Assembly (NCBI GenBank): GCA_965541585.1 | Contig: CBEUCH010000004.1 | Location: 135,871 to 199,870, forward strand | Origin: an uncultured bacterium | GTDB lineage: Bacteria > Zixibacteria > MSB-5A5 > UBA10806 | Direction of reading: 5' to 3' | Length of the DNA stretch: 64,000 bases | Part shown: positions 1 through 11,512 of the stretch, in pieces | How the letters are laid out: each line of letters begins with the position of its first letter | Numbering within the stretch: the first letter of the stretch is position 1 | Program-made: the position numbers and the translations under genes | The notes under the pieces: model-generated | What the model was told of the DNA's origin: nothing | What the model saw: the letters and a program-made list of their open reading frames with translations, nothing else | Databases searched by the model: none

Positions 1-541
1 TAGGGTTATGCGGATAATTCAGATACAGGATTTTTAGTTTCTCCGGAGGAGGCTGTGTCAATGCAGATATATTAGCCACATAATCGTTTCTCTCGTTGAG
101 CAGGTAGCTACTCGGAATACCATCAGCAAGGCAAATCGCGGATCTGAAATACTGCATCCCGGGGTCGGGATAGGCTGCAACGTCTCCGGGATTCAAAAGC
201 GAGAGGGCCAGGGCCGATGCCGCCATCCTGATTCCAGGCGTCAGAACAATCTCCTTTTCGGAATTTGCAATAGCGGAATTCAAGGGCAGGTGCATATCGA
301 CTATTCTGGCTTTCAATCGGGAAATCAGTTCCTGATCTGCGGGCATGCCCGGTCCTATAATTTCCGACTTGCCGATGGTATCGAATATGGATTTTAGATC
401 CGGAAATTGGGGGTGAAGCGAACTGAGATCTATCAACTCGACCCCTCGTCCCGCAAGGCGCTTGCGAGCGAAACTCATGCGGCCCAGTGCAGGCTGAGGA
501 ATCCTCCAGAGCCGCTCGGCTTTGTCTATGAGGATCTTCAT
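1..541 (-). CDS. Class I/II (aspartate-family) aminotransferase, N-terminal ~180 aa; C-terminus lies beyond window edge
   Basis: Manual translation of the minus strand (frame not in the ORF track because it runs off the window) gives 'MKILIDKAERLWRIPQPALGRMSFARKRLAGRGVELIDLSSLHPQFPDLKSIFDTIGKSEIIGPGMPADQELISRLKARIVDMHLPLNSAIANSEKEIVLTPGIRMAASALALSLLNPGDVAAYPDPGMQYFRSAICLADGIPSSYLLNERNDYVANISALTQPPPEKLKILYLNYPHNPT'. The Y-P-D-P-G and N-Y-P-H-N-P-T(G) motifs are typical of fold-type I aminotransferases. The ATG at 539-541 follows an in-frame stop at 590-592. The listed 123..626 ORF in another frame is R/G-rich nonsense. Confidence 0.6.
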   Translation of the reverse strand, partial: MKILIDKAERLWRIPQPALGRMSFARKRLAGRGVELIDLSSLHPQFPDLKSIFDTIGKSEIIGPGMPADQELISRLKARIVDMHLPLNSAIANSEKEIVLTPGIRMAASALALSLLNPGDVAAYPDPGMQYFRSAICLADGIPSSYLLNERNDYVANISALTQPPPEKLKILYLNYPHNP

Positions 542-673
542 TGCCAATGACCTGGTTGCCCGGATGCGCTCCTGTCCGGGGTTGGGGCATTACCTCCTCC
601 GTTCCCCGGCCGAAATTCCAGTTCACTCATTTGTTCACACCGGACTGTGTAATCAATATTATTCCTACGGTTA

Positions 674-1054
674 CTAATCCGTTCCATCCGAAACCAGTAT
701 AGCCGAGGCAACGGCATATTCGTTGGTATGGGAAAGAGAGATTACGACCTTCTTATTACCGGTATGACTTCTAATCGCACGACCCAATCTCACCTGCGGC
801 TGGCCCCTGCGGTCATTAACCACCTCCACCGATGTCCACTTAACGCCCTCGGCAAATCCTGTCCCGATGGCCTTGAAAACAGCCTCCTTGACGGCAAACC
901 GGCCCGCAAACGACAGTGCGGGATTAATCTTCGACAGACAGTATTCTATCTCCCAGGGTGTGAATACGCGGTTGGTAAAACGTTCACCGTAACGATCTAT
1001 TGCCATTTTTATCCTCTTAATATCGACCAGGTCGATGCCTACAGATTCGATCAT
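674..1054 (-). CDS. acpS: Holo-[acyl-carrier-protein] synthase (4'-phosphopantetheinyl transferase)
   Basis: 126 aa. 'MIESVGIDLVDIKRI...FTPWEIEYC...FAVKEAVFKA...' is the classic AcpS signature. Size is typical. Confidence 0.85.
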   Translation of the reverse strand: MIESVGIDLVDIKRIKMAIDRYGERFTNRVFTPWEIEYCLSKINPALSFAGRFAVKEAVFKAIGTGFAEGVKWTSVEVVNDRRGQPQVRLGRAIRSHTGNKKVVISLSHTNEYAVASAILVSDGTD

Positions 1055-1192
1055 AAAATCACCGGCTTTGAATATAGTCCTCTACAAATTAAAAGTCAAA
1101 AGCTTAGTTTATGGATAATCATTACAGATAATCCGGATCGAAAACCGTGTAGCCGATCAGGTGGCGGTTTTATTTGTCTATTTTAACATACG

Positions 1193-2005
1193 TTAAAATC
1201 CCAGATGTAATCCGAAAGCGAACTTGTGTTCGGAGCGGCTGCGAATTGACTGATTATCGTACGGCCAGTACCTGAGAAATATCATCATAGCCCCTTTATC
1301 TCCGTAGATTGTAAAATTGAAGCTCAGCCGGTGCTGTTCTTTTATCTTATTGTCGGTGTTCAGCACCCAGAGATTATCGGATTCGATATCGCCTCCGATC
1401 CTTCGATAGCGAACGATCCGATAGCGAAAGTTAGTGTTCACGGCAAAGTCGTAATCGTGGCCTTTCTGGAAGTTCATTCCCTTGGGGGCATAGAAATTAG
1501 CCAGCACAAGATAATCGAGCCGGTTTTCCCATATCGATTCCTTCCCATTCGGCTCTGGCCGATGATATTTGTATTTGGGGAGATATCCCAGGGTCCCGAA
1601 GCCTATTCTCGGCGAATTCCAGTAGACGGAGTGATCAAGCCACCTGTCGATATCGTGAGCGCAATCGTGATGCATCTGGGCCTCAATAAAATATCTTTCC
1701 AGTTCGATCCTGCCTGTAAGCCCGAACGACCAGTGCGCCCTTGTCGGGTCGAAGACCATATTCGAATTGAATTTCCTTCCCATGAAGGTTTCCTTGAAAA
1801 TATCGACAATTAGATAAAAGCCTCCATACTTGAAAGTCTCAACAGCGCCGTTCAACTCGGTGTCTATAAAATATTGCGCGTCCTGTTTGAAATAGATATA
1901 GGAGGCTATATCGCCGTGCCCCTCGAAGAGAACATCGAAATCTCTACCGGCTGCGCTCGTGGCAATACCAGCGATAATCATAGATGCGAGAATCAAGTTT
2001 CGCAA
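1193..2005 (-). CDS. Hypothetical secreted protein, probable outer-membrane beta-barrel (signal peptide, aromatic-rich, C-terminal Phe)
   Basis: N-terminus 'MRNLILASMIIAGIATSAAG' is a signal peptide. It has alternating aromatic/hydrophilic stretches and a C-terminal '...GLHLGF', as in OMP beta-barrels. Confidence 0.45.
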   Translation of the reverse strand: MRNLILASMIIAGIATSAAGRDFDVLFEGHGDIASYIYFKQDAQYFIDTELNGAVETFKYGGFYLIVDIFKETFMGRKFNSNMVFDPTRAHWSFGLTGRIELERYFIEAQMHHDCAHDIDRWLDHSVYWNSPRIGFGTLGYLPKYKYHRPEPNGKESIWENRLDYLVLANFYAPKGMNFQKGHDYDFAVNTNFRYRIVRYRRIGGDIESDNLWVLNTDNKIKEQHRLSFNFTIYGDKGAMMIFLRYWPYDNQSIRSRSEHKFAFGLHLGF

Positions 2006-2104
2006 AGCTCTCCCCCTTTATTACAATCAATCTTTTTCATATCAATTAAATCATCCATCCCCTTAACAATGCGATTCGGAGAGATAATTATCCGTCGCCG
2101 ACAG

Positions 2105-2134
2105 CAAAAAAACGCCGCTTGCGGAGGCGGCGTC
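2105..2134 (-). terminator. Rho-independent terminator downstream of the sugar dehydrogenase gene
   Basis: Plus strand reads 'aaaaaaacgccgcttgcggaggcggcgt'. The stem 'acgccgc'/'gcggcgt' has an 8-nt loop. On the minus strand it is followed by a 7-U tract, just 3' of the 2152 stop. Confidence 0.6.
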
Positions 2135-2151
2135 AACAGGTCCCTTCGCCA

Positions 2152-3534
2152 TCATATCTTGAATATCTTCTTTCTGCCGGTAGTAACGTTCTTGGTGGCG
2201 TTTCTGGTATCAACTATTGTTGATGCCTTATCGACAATCCACTGGTAGTTGAAACTGGAGTGATCCGTAATGATTGCCACACAATCAGCATCTTTGAGCG
2301 CCTTTTCATCGAGGGGTACAGCCTTCATGTTCGGGCCGGAATCCATTTTGATCACTGGGACATAAGGATCGCAGTAGTCTACCCTGGCCCCCTTTTCCTG
2401 GAGCAACCTGATAACATCGAGCGACGGCGATTCCCTCAGATCAGAGACATCTCTCTTATAGGAAGCGCCGAGTACCAGAATCCTGGCACCGTTGATGGAG
2501 ATCCGTTTTGAGTTCAGGGCAATGGTAATCTTCTCTATCACATATTCGGGCATGCGTGAGTTTATATCGCCTGCCAGTTCTATGAAACGGGCGTAATAGT
2601 TTAGCGATTTCAGTTTCCAGGAAAGATAATGAGGATCTATGGGGATGCAGTGTCCGCCGAGCCCGGGCCCGGGATAAAACCGCATGAAGCCAAACGGCTT
2701 GGTGGCGGCGGCATCGATAACTTCCCATACGTCGATACCAAGACGATCACACATCAAGGCCACTTCGTTAACAAGGGCAATATTGACCGAACGGAATGTA
2801 TTCTCCAGGAGCTTGACCATCTCCGCCGCCTTAGTGGAGGAAGTGGGAACCACCTGGGTAAGCACCTGCTCGTAGAACGTTTGTGCTATCTTCAAGCATA
2901 CCGGCGTGGTTCCGCCGACCACCTTTGGCGTGTTCTGGGTCGTATACCTCTGATTCCCGGGATCGACACGCTCCGGCGAGAATGCCAGGAAAAAATCAAC
3001 ACCCACTTTCAGCCCCGATTCTTCGAGCCTCGGTTTTATGAGTTCCTCGGTGGTACCGGGGTAGGTGGTCGATTCGAGAATGACAAGCTGGCTTTTATGT
3101 ATGCGGCTGGCTATCTCGTTGGTAGCGGCCAGAATAAAGGATACATCGGGATCCTTGGTTTTATTAAGGGGTGTCGGGACGCAGATTACAACCACATCCG
3201 AATTCTTCAAAGCCGAAAAATCACCGGTGCAGCGAATACGACGGAGGTCGACGAGTTCCTTGACATCGTAATCCTTAACGTCATCAACGTCGGATTTCCC
3301 GGCGTTGATTGTCCTGACCTTTTTTTCCGATATATCGATTCCCGTGATTTTGAATCCAACCCGGCCGAACTCCACTGCCAGCGGCAAGCCAACATACCCC
3401 ATTCCAATGATCGCCACCGAGGCTGAACGATCTTTTATCTTTTTCTCAAGCCGCGAGACCAAATTCTCGCGATGAACATTGACTTTCCTGGCTTTCGTCC
3501 GTGATTTCTTTTTCATTTTCGATCTGGCTGGCAT
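2152..3534 (-). CDS. Nucleotide-sugar dehydrogenase (UDP-N-acetyl-D-glucosamine/mannosamine 6-dehydrogenase family, WbpA/TviB/WecC-like)
   Basis: 'VAIIGMGYVGLPLAVEFG' is the Rossmann motif. The catalytic region and C-terminal domain of the UDP-glucose/GDP-mannose dehydrogenase family are present. There is a ~35-aa K/R-rich N-terminal extension, so the start is uncertain. Confidence 0.8.
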   Translation of the reverse strand: MPARSKMKKKSRTKARKVNVHRENLVSRLEKKIKDRSASVAIIGMGYVGLPLAVEFGRVGFKITGIDISEKKVRTINAGKSDVDDVKDYDVKELVDLRRIRCTGDFSALKNSDVVVICVPTPLNKTKDPDVSFILAATNEIASRIHKSQLVILESTTYPGTTEELIKPRLEESGLKVGVDFFLAFSPERVDPGNQRYTTQNTPKVVGGTTPVCLKIAQTFYEQVLTQVVPTSSTKAAEMVKLLENTFRSVNIALVNEVALMCDRLGIDVWEVIDAAATKPFGFMRFYPGPGLGGHCIPIDPHYLSWKLKSLNYYARFIELAGDINSRMPEYVIEKITIALNSKRISINGARILVLGASYKRDVSDLRESPSLDVIRLLQEKGARVDYCDPYVPVIKMDSGPNMKAVPLDEKALKDADCVAIITDHSSFNYQWIVDKASTIVDTRNATKNVTTGRKKIFKI

Positions 3535-3589
3535 ATACGCTCCATTATCACAAATTTTAGCTGACCTTCATAAGGTTTATCGTCAAACT

Positions 3590-4558
3590 TTAGTTTTCCT
3601 CAACTTCCTCAACAAGATGATGGTGCCAGAACTCGAGAGAATCCGACAGGGTGGTCTCGATGGGAATGGTTGGTTTCCAGCCGGTGTCAGTGGACAGTTT
3701 CTCGTATGATCCGATGAGGATCGGTATATCCACCGGCCGCATGCGGGATTTGTCGCTTTTGATTTCGACGTCTTTTTTTATCAGCGACCTGTATTTATCA
3801 AGCAGATCCGAGAGCTTATATCCTCTCCCCGAACAGACGTTATAGGGCGTGCCTGGTTTTCCTTTTTCCACTATATCGAGATAGGCCTTGACCACATCGC
3901 GAACGTCGGTGTAATCCCGCTGCACGCTGGTATTTCCGACTTTCAATTGCGGGGGAGCAAGGCCTATGTCTATCTTGGCGATCTGAAAGGCCCAGTCGGA
4001 GAGCACCGCCACGGTTTTTTGCCCGGGACCGGAGTGAGAAAAGGCACGCGCGATATAGACCGGCATCTTGTAAGCCATGAAATACTGATGCGCCAGCAGG
4101 TCCACCGACGCCTTACTAACGGCATAAGGATTGATCGGCCTCAGTGGATGGTCCTCGGTGACAGGGCATTCTTCCGGTTTCAGGCGGCCGTAAACCTCCG
4201 ACGATGATATAACGAGGGTCTTCACAGGTGCATCGAATTTACTTAACGTTTCCAGCAGCACCAATGTTGCGATAAGGTTGGCGGAAAATGTCTCGAACGG
4301 ATTCTCGAAAGACAGCTTGACCGACGATTGTGCCGCCAGGTGAAACACCGTATCCGGCTCGAACCTGGTTATGGCTCTGGAAACAACATCCTCATCGCGA
4401 AGATCGCCTTTAAAGATTTTCACGTCTTTTGTCCCGAGGTCAACGGCGCTTCCCCGTTCGCCTAAATCCAGCCCGGCCACCTCATACCCTTTTGAGAGGA
4501 GCAGTCGAGTCAGATGCCCCCCCACAAAACCGCAAATTCCTGTTATCAGGGCTTTCAT
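3590..4558 (-). CDS. rmd: GDP-4-dehydro-6-deoxy-D-mannose reductase (GDP-D-rhamnose synthase), SDR family
   Basis: 'MKALITGICGFVGGHLTRLLLSKGYEV' is the SDR GxxGxxG N-terminus. 'PYAVSK' is the YxxxK active site. It lies immediately downstream of gmd, which is the Rmd arrangement. Confidence 0.7.
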   Translation of the reverse strand: MKALITGICGFVGGHLTRLLLSKGYEVAGLDLGERGSAVDLGTKDVKIFKGDLRDEDVVSRAITRFEPDTVFHLAAQSSVKLSFENPFETFSANLIATLVLLETLSKFDAPVKTLVISSSEVYGRLKPEECPVTEDHPLRPINPYAVSKASVDLLAHQYFMAYKMPVYIARAFSHSGPGQKTVAVLSDWAFQIAKIDIGLAPPQLKVGNTSVQRDYTDVRDVVKAYLDIVEKGKPGTPYNVCSGRGYKLSDLLDKYRSLIKKDVEIKSDKSRMRPVDIPILIGSYEKLSTDTGWKPTIPIETTLSDSLEFWHHHLVEEVEEN

Positions 4559-4608
4559 GATCTATTTTATTTCAGTTACACTCGCTAAGATGGATGATCA
4601 ACCTGTAG

Positions 4609-5616
<1,008 letters not shown>

Positions 5617-5891
5617 TCATATATGGATGTCAATCGAATAAGGATTTACATCTCTTGAGGCGATTTCTCACCGGAAAACGGATTTTATGAAAACGGGCTG
5701 GCATAAGCGTAAAACTCGAAATGGACGCCTCTATAACTAATTATATGACACCATATTACAGGGGGATATAATTCACATTAAAGTGCAATTGAGCTTGAAA
5801 TTCGGGCGGAAATATCGTATAATTAAGATGGAGGGAATTTCGAGTTAAACCCGGCCTGGCTGATTAGTCACCATGCTTTCCCTGAGGAATC

Positions 5892-8127
<2,236 letters not shown>

Positions 8128-8199
8128 GGGGTTTGTAGCCACCAGTTATAACTGATATGTCTCAGGCCGGAAGCATCATTGTAAGATCTGCGCTTACCA

Positions 8200-8390
8200 T
8201 AGTCGGTGGTATATCAATGTACGTCGTAGGGCAGGTTCTTATCATCGTTCCGGCAGGTCGTAGCGAAGTCCTACGGATCCGTCTGGACGTGAACCTGCCG
8301 GTAAAAAGAATACGTCAGGAGCGCAGGCCTACGGCTCGTCCTACAGATCCCTACGGGCCGTATGGCCGTAGGATATGAGGCTCCTGACCC
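8200..8390. repeat. Nested inverted-repeat / palindromic element downstream of gyrB (REP-like or structured RNA)
   Basis: Two large hairpins. The first has outer stems 'ccggcaggt'(8251-8259)/'acctgccgg'. The second has 'gtcaggagc'/'gctcctgac' (~8308-8384). Each encloses smaller 'cgtag'/'ctacg' and 'cctacgg'/'ccgtagg' palindromes. The listed ORF 8157..8378 is R/G/P-rich and probably spurious. Confidence 0.4.
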
Positions 8391-8408
8391 ACAACCAGGA
8401 GGAATCAC

Positions 8409-8894
8409 ATGGAATTGTTCTACTGGGCCATGCTGGGCGGACTGGTCGGCACCGTTATGATGGACATCATTGGATGGATTGCCGGCAAGCTGAAGATCAC
8501 CTGGGGCGGATGCGGAGGAAGTGCGGCCATCGGGCGATGGGTTCTGGGCGTCCCCCGTGGACAATTTGTGCACAAGAACATAAACGAATCCGCCACCTTG
8601 AAGAATGAGAAGGCCGTTGGGTGGATCTTTCACTACTTCACCGGCGGTGCTCTAGCGCTTACCTATCCCGCCATTTTTCTCGGGTTCAATATTGCAATGC
8701 CAGGTAATAACCTTATTCCCGGCCTCATCTGGGGATTCGTGACTGCAATCATGCCGTGGTTCGTTCTTTTTCCCGGTTTTGGGTGGGGTCTTTTTGGTGT
8801 CAGGTCGCCCGGAAACGTGAGGGCTTTGATCTCTCCTGCGGTCGAGCATTCTTTCTATGGGCTTGGATTGGGAATAGTATTGAATCTGATTTAA
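8409..8894 (+). CDS. Small integral membrane protein (DUF2938-like)
   Basis: 161 aa with four predicted TM segments. A strong RBS 'aggagg' lies 6 nt upstream. Gly/aromatic-rich helices. Confidence 0.5.
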   Translation: MELFYWAMLGGLVGTVMMDIIGWIAGKLKITWGGCGGSAAIGRWVLGVPRGQFVHKNINESATLKNEKAVGWIFHYFTGGALALTYPAIFLGFNIAMPGNNLIPGLIWGFVTAIMPWFVLFPGFGWGLFGVRSPGNVRALISPAVEHSFYGLGLGIVLNLI

Positions 8895-8908
8895 AAAGAT
8901 TAATATTC

Positions 8909-10183
8909 CTATTTTTCCATCAAGTATCGTCTGACCATATCCAGCGCTACCACCGCGCTGCGTTCCCTGTTGCGCTCGCGGTTGTTGCCGAACCGATATT
9001 CCTTAGCGTTTGTTTTTCCCGCCGCCGACAGTCCTATATATGTTATTCCGACCGGTTTCTCATCGGTGCCGCCCGATGGCCCGGCGATACCGGTTACCGA
9101 GATCCCAATATTGGCACCCAGGTTTTGCACCGCGCCCTCGGCCATGTACCTGGCGCACTCCTCGCTGACGGCGCCATATTTTTCTAAAATTATCTGCGGC
9201 ACGGATAGAAGCTTCATCTTCAGTTCGTTGGAATAGGCTATAACACCCCCGGCGAAATAGTCCGACGATCCCGGGATATCCGTGATCGTCTTGCCCAGCA
9301 ATCCGCCGGTACATGATTCCGCCACGGCGATAGTCATATGCTTTTCCCTGAGCATCTCACCCACCACTTCCGGCAGGCTGTCATCGTCATAGCCGTAAAC
9401 ATATTTGCTAATTCTCCCGGTCATTTTCTTTTCCAACTCAACTATCTTCTGACGGCTTTGATCTTCGTCCTTGGTTACGGCCGTCAGGCGGACGTCGACC
9501 CCTTTCCAGGACGGCAGAAAGGCAACGGCAATCTTCTCATCCCCTGCGGATCGTTCAGTCCGCCCGGTCTGAACCTTGAAATCAATCAGGTCGGCGATCT
9601 TCTCATATAAGACAGATTCGATTATGCCCACCGTTCGGAGCTTCCGATGGATTGTAACAATTTCGCCGGATCGTTTCTTAATAGCGTCCGTTACCCAACC
9701 CTCGATCATCGCCTTCATCTCCGATGGCACTCCCGGTATGGCAACAAATAGTCTATCTTCTTCTTTGATAGCGATTCCCACCGCCGAGCCGACAGGATTG
9801 TCTATGAACTCCGCAGCCTGCGGCAGTAAGGCCTGGTTCTGGTTGATGGCGGGCATGGTCAGCCCCCGTTGTTTGAACCGTGCTTCGATCTTCTTTAGGA
9901 TCTTATCGTAGAAGATCAGCGGTCTTTTGAAGTATTTGCAGATCGCCTTTTTGGTGATATCGTCGTTCGTCGGCCCCAGCCCGCCGGTGGTGATAACCAG
10001 ATCGGCTCTCTGCAGGGCACGTGCAATAGCCTCGGTAATGGTTTCCAGATCGTCACCCACGGTGGTGCGCCAGACCACTTGCGCCCCGGCGGCGGTTACC
10101 CTCTCCGATATGAAAGCGGCGTTGGTATCTACGGTGTGCCCGTATAAGAGCTCATCGCCGATCGTGATTATCTCAGCTTTCGT
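8909..10183 (-). CDS. cinA: Competence/damage-inducible protein CinA (MoCF-binding domain + C-terminal nicotinamide-nucleotide amidase domain)
   Basis: The track ORF starts at GTG 10078 ('MVWRTTVGDD...'). The frame is open back to 10183 and encodes 'TKAEIITIGDELLYGHTVDTNAAFISERVTAAGAQV...', the canonical CinA N-terminus. 'GGAGG' lies 5 nt upstream of an ACG at 10181-10183. C-terminal 'CTGGLLGKTITDIPGSSDYF' is the PncC/CinA domain. Confidence 0.8.
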   Translation of the reverse strand, partial: TKAEIITIGDELLYGHTVDTNAAFISERVTAAGAQVVWRTTVGDDLETITEAIARALQRADLVITTGGLGPTNDDITKKAICKYFKRPLIFYDKILKKIEARFKQRGLTMPAINQNQALLPQAAEFIDNPVGSAVGIAIKEEDRLFVAIPGVPSEMKAMIEGWVTDAIKKRSGEIVTIHRKLRTVGIIESVLYEKIADLIDFKVQTGRTERSAGDEKIAVAFLPSWKGVDVRLTAVTKDEDQSRQKIVELEKKMTGRISKYVYGYDDDSLPEVVGEMLREKHMTIAVAESCTGGLLGKTITDIPGSSDYFAGGVIAYSNELKMKLLSVPQIILEKYGAVSEECARYMAEGAVQNLGANIGISVTGIAGPSGGTDEKPVGITYIGLSAAGKTNAKEYRFGNNRERNRERSAVVALDMVRRYLMEK

Positions 10184-10220
10184 CTAAACCTCCAGGATGA
10201 ATGTCAGGCGATCCACACCA

Positions 10221-10718
10221 TCATAGATACCCTACCCCCAACTTATTCAGGATTGCCAGAATTATCTGCAGAATGCAGGCGGCGTAGAACCCGGCGGCGA
10301 GATCGTCGGCCATAATACCCCGGCCTCCCGGCAACGACTGCCATCCCCTCGCCGGAGGAGGCTTGACGATATCGAAAACACGAAACAGCACAAATCCCAG
10401 CATGAAAGGCATAAATTTAGCCGGAGCCATGAACAGCGCCACCATCTGGCCGGCGACCTCGTCGATTACGATGGGCCTGCCGTCATGACCAAAATACTGT
10501 TCCGCTTTCCCGCTGATGTAAACCCCTAACTGATAAACTATAATGATAGCGATTAATTGGTAATACCATTGCTGTGGCCAGACGAAGAAAAGAATGAGCA
10601 CTGTAAATGCCGAGCCCCAGGTACCGGGGGCCTTCGGCAGGTAACCTGAAAAAAAGAAGGTGGCCAGAAGCCGGGTGAAAAAACCTTTGCCTCCGAATCT
10701 CTTTTCAACCTCCGTCAT
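10221..10718 (-). CDS. pgpA: Phosphatidylglycerophosphatase A
   Basis: 165 aa membrane protein. 'FGHDGRPIVIDEVAGQ' and 'GIMADDL' match the PgpA family. It overlaps the pgsA stop by 4 nt, suggesting an operon. Confidence 0.8.
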   Translation of the reverse strand: MTEVEKRFGGKGFFTRLLATFFFSGYLPKAPGTWGSAFTVLILFFVWPQQWYYQLIAIIIVYQLGVYISGKAEQYFGHDGRPIVIDEVAGQMVALFMAPAKFMPFMLGFVLFRVFDIVKPPPARGWQSLPGGRGIMADDLAAGFYAACILQIILAILNKLGVGYL

Positions 10719-11320
10719 CTCAGCATCCCTCTAAGTAACCCGCCTGATTTAATCAGATAATCGATCCCGGTCCAGACCGTAAGTATTAAGGGGATAAGTA
10801 TCAAAACGTCAAAAAGATTATAATGCCAGCCGACTAATGGCATGATCCACTCGGGGATCACCGATTGGCCCGGATTATGCGGTCGCACCAGCGGTTCGAT
10901 ATTGGCGAAGATCAGGATCGTGGCTAAAACTACCATCTGCGTTGCCGTCTTCCATCGGGCCAGAATCGAGGTTGAAATGACCATACCTCTATAAGCGGCC
11001 ATTGATCGCAGGCCGGTTATCAGGAATTCCCGAACCACGATGATTATCACCATCCAGCCGCGCGCGTAACCCAGCGGCACGAAGGTTATAAAAGCGGTGG
11101 AGACCAGGACCTTATCGGCCAGGGGATCCATGAAACGGCCGAACCCGGTATATCGTCCCAGCTTGCGGGCGTAGTAGCCGTCGGCCAGATCGGTTAAGGC
11201 TGCAATTATGAATACCACGGTACCCGCCAGCCGCCAGTAGGGATGTTCGAAAAGCATCAAAACCATGAACACCGGCGAGAGAGCGATTCGAGATAATGTC
11301 AAAAGATTCGGCAGGTTCAT
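10715..11320 (-). CDS. pgsA: CDP-diacylglycerol--glycerol-3-phosphate 3-phosphatidyltransferase
   Basis: 'NLLTLSRIALSP...ALTDLADGYYARKLG...FGRFMDPLADKVLV' carries the CDP-alcohol phosphatidyltransferase motif D-G-x2-A-R-x8-G-x3-D-x3-D. Confidence 0.85.
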   Translation of the reverse strand: MNLPNLLTLSRIALSPVFMVLMLFEHPYWRLAGTVVFIIAALTDLADGYYARKLGRYTGFGRFMDPLADKVLVSTAFITFVPLGYARGWMVIIIVVREFLITGLRSMAAYRGMVISTSILARWKTATQMVVLATILIFANIEPLVRPHNPGQSVIPEWIMPLVGWHYNLFDVLILIPLILTVWTGIDYLIKSGGLLRGMLR

Positions 11321-11467
11321 AATGTGGCCTTAAGCAAACCATTCCCTTCTTCTTGCGCACGGCATAATCCGGTCAACTGAGGGAATTTATATGGTTTGAG
11401 GGAATGAGTCAAGGGGGCGGAGTTTTTAGTGCGGTCATAACAAGCGATGACTCACAGCGAAAAAGTT

Positions 11468-11504
11468 GGTCACAATTGACCGGAGGCTTCAAGCATAGTA
11501 TCTT
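11468..11504 (+). promoter_or_regulatory. Candidate sigma70-type promoter with overlapping 14-bp palindrome (possible operator) for the helicase-nuclease gene
   Basis: 'ttGGTCACAATTGACCgg' is a perfect inverted repeat (ggtca/tgacc) whose right half forms -35 TTGACC. After a 17-nt spacer comes -10 TATCTT, 8 nt before the ATG at 11513 (near-leaderless). Confidence 0.3.
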
Positions 11505-11512
11505 AATGCCCC

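Noticed and set aside
123-626. 167-aa ORF on the minus strand
   Set aside because: It is R/G/P-rich nonsense in the wrong frame. A different minus-strand frame over the same DNA encodes a clean class-I aminotransferase N-terminus, which was reported instead.
728-1186. 152-aa plus-strand ORF
   Set aside because: It is antisense to acpS, which has unmistakable motifs. It has no RBS and is low complexity.
8157-8378. 73-aa ORF after gyrB
   Set aside because: It coincides with the nested palindromic repeat region. Its composition (R/G/P/Y runs) reflects the repeats rather than a protein.
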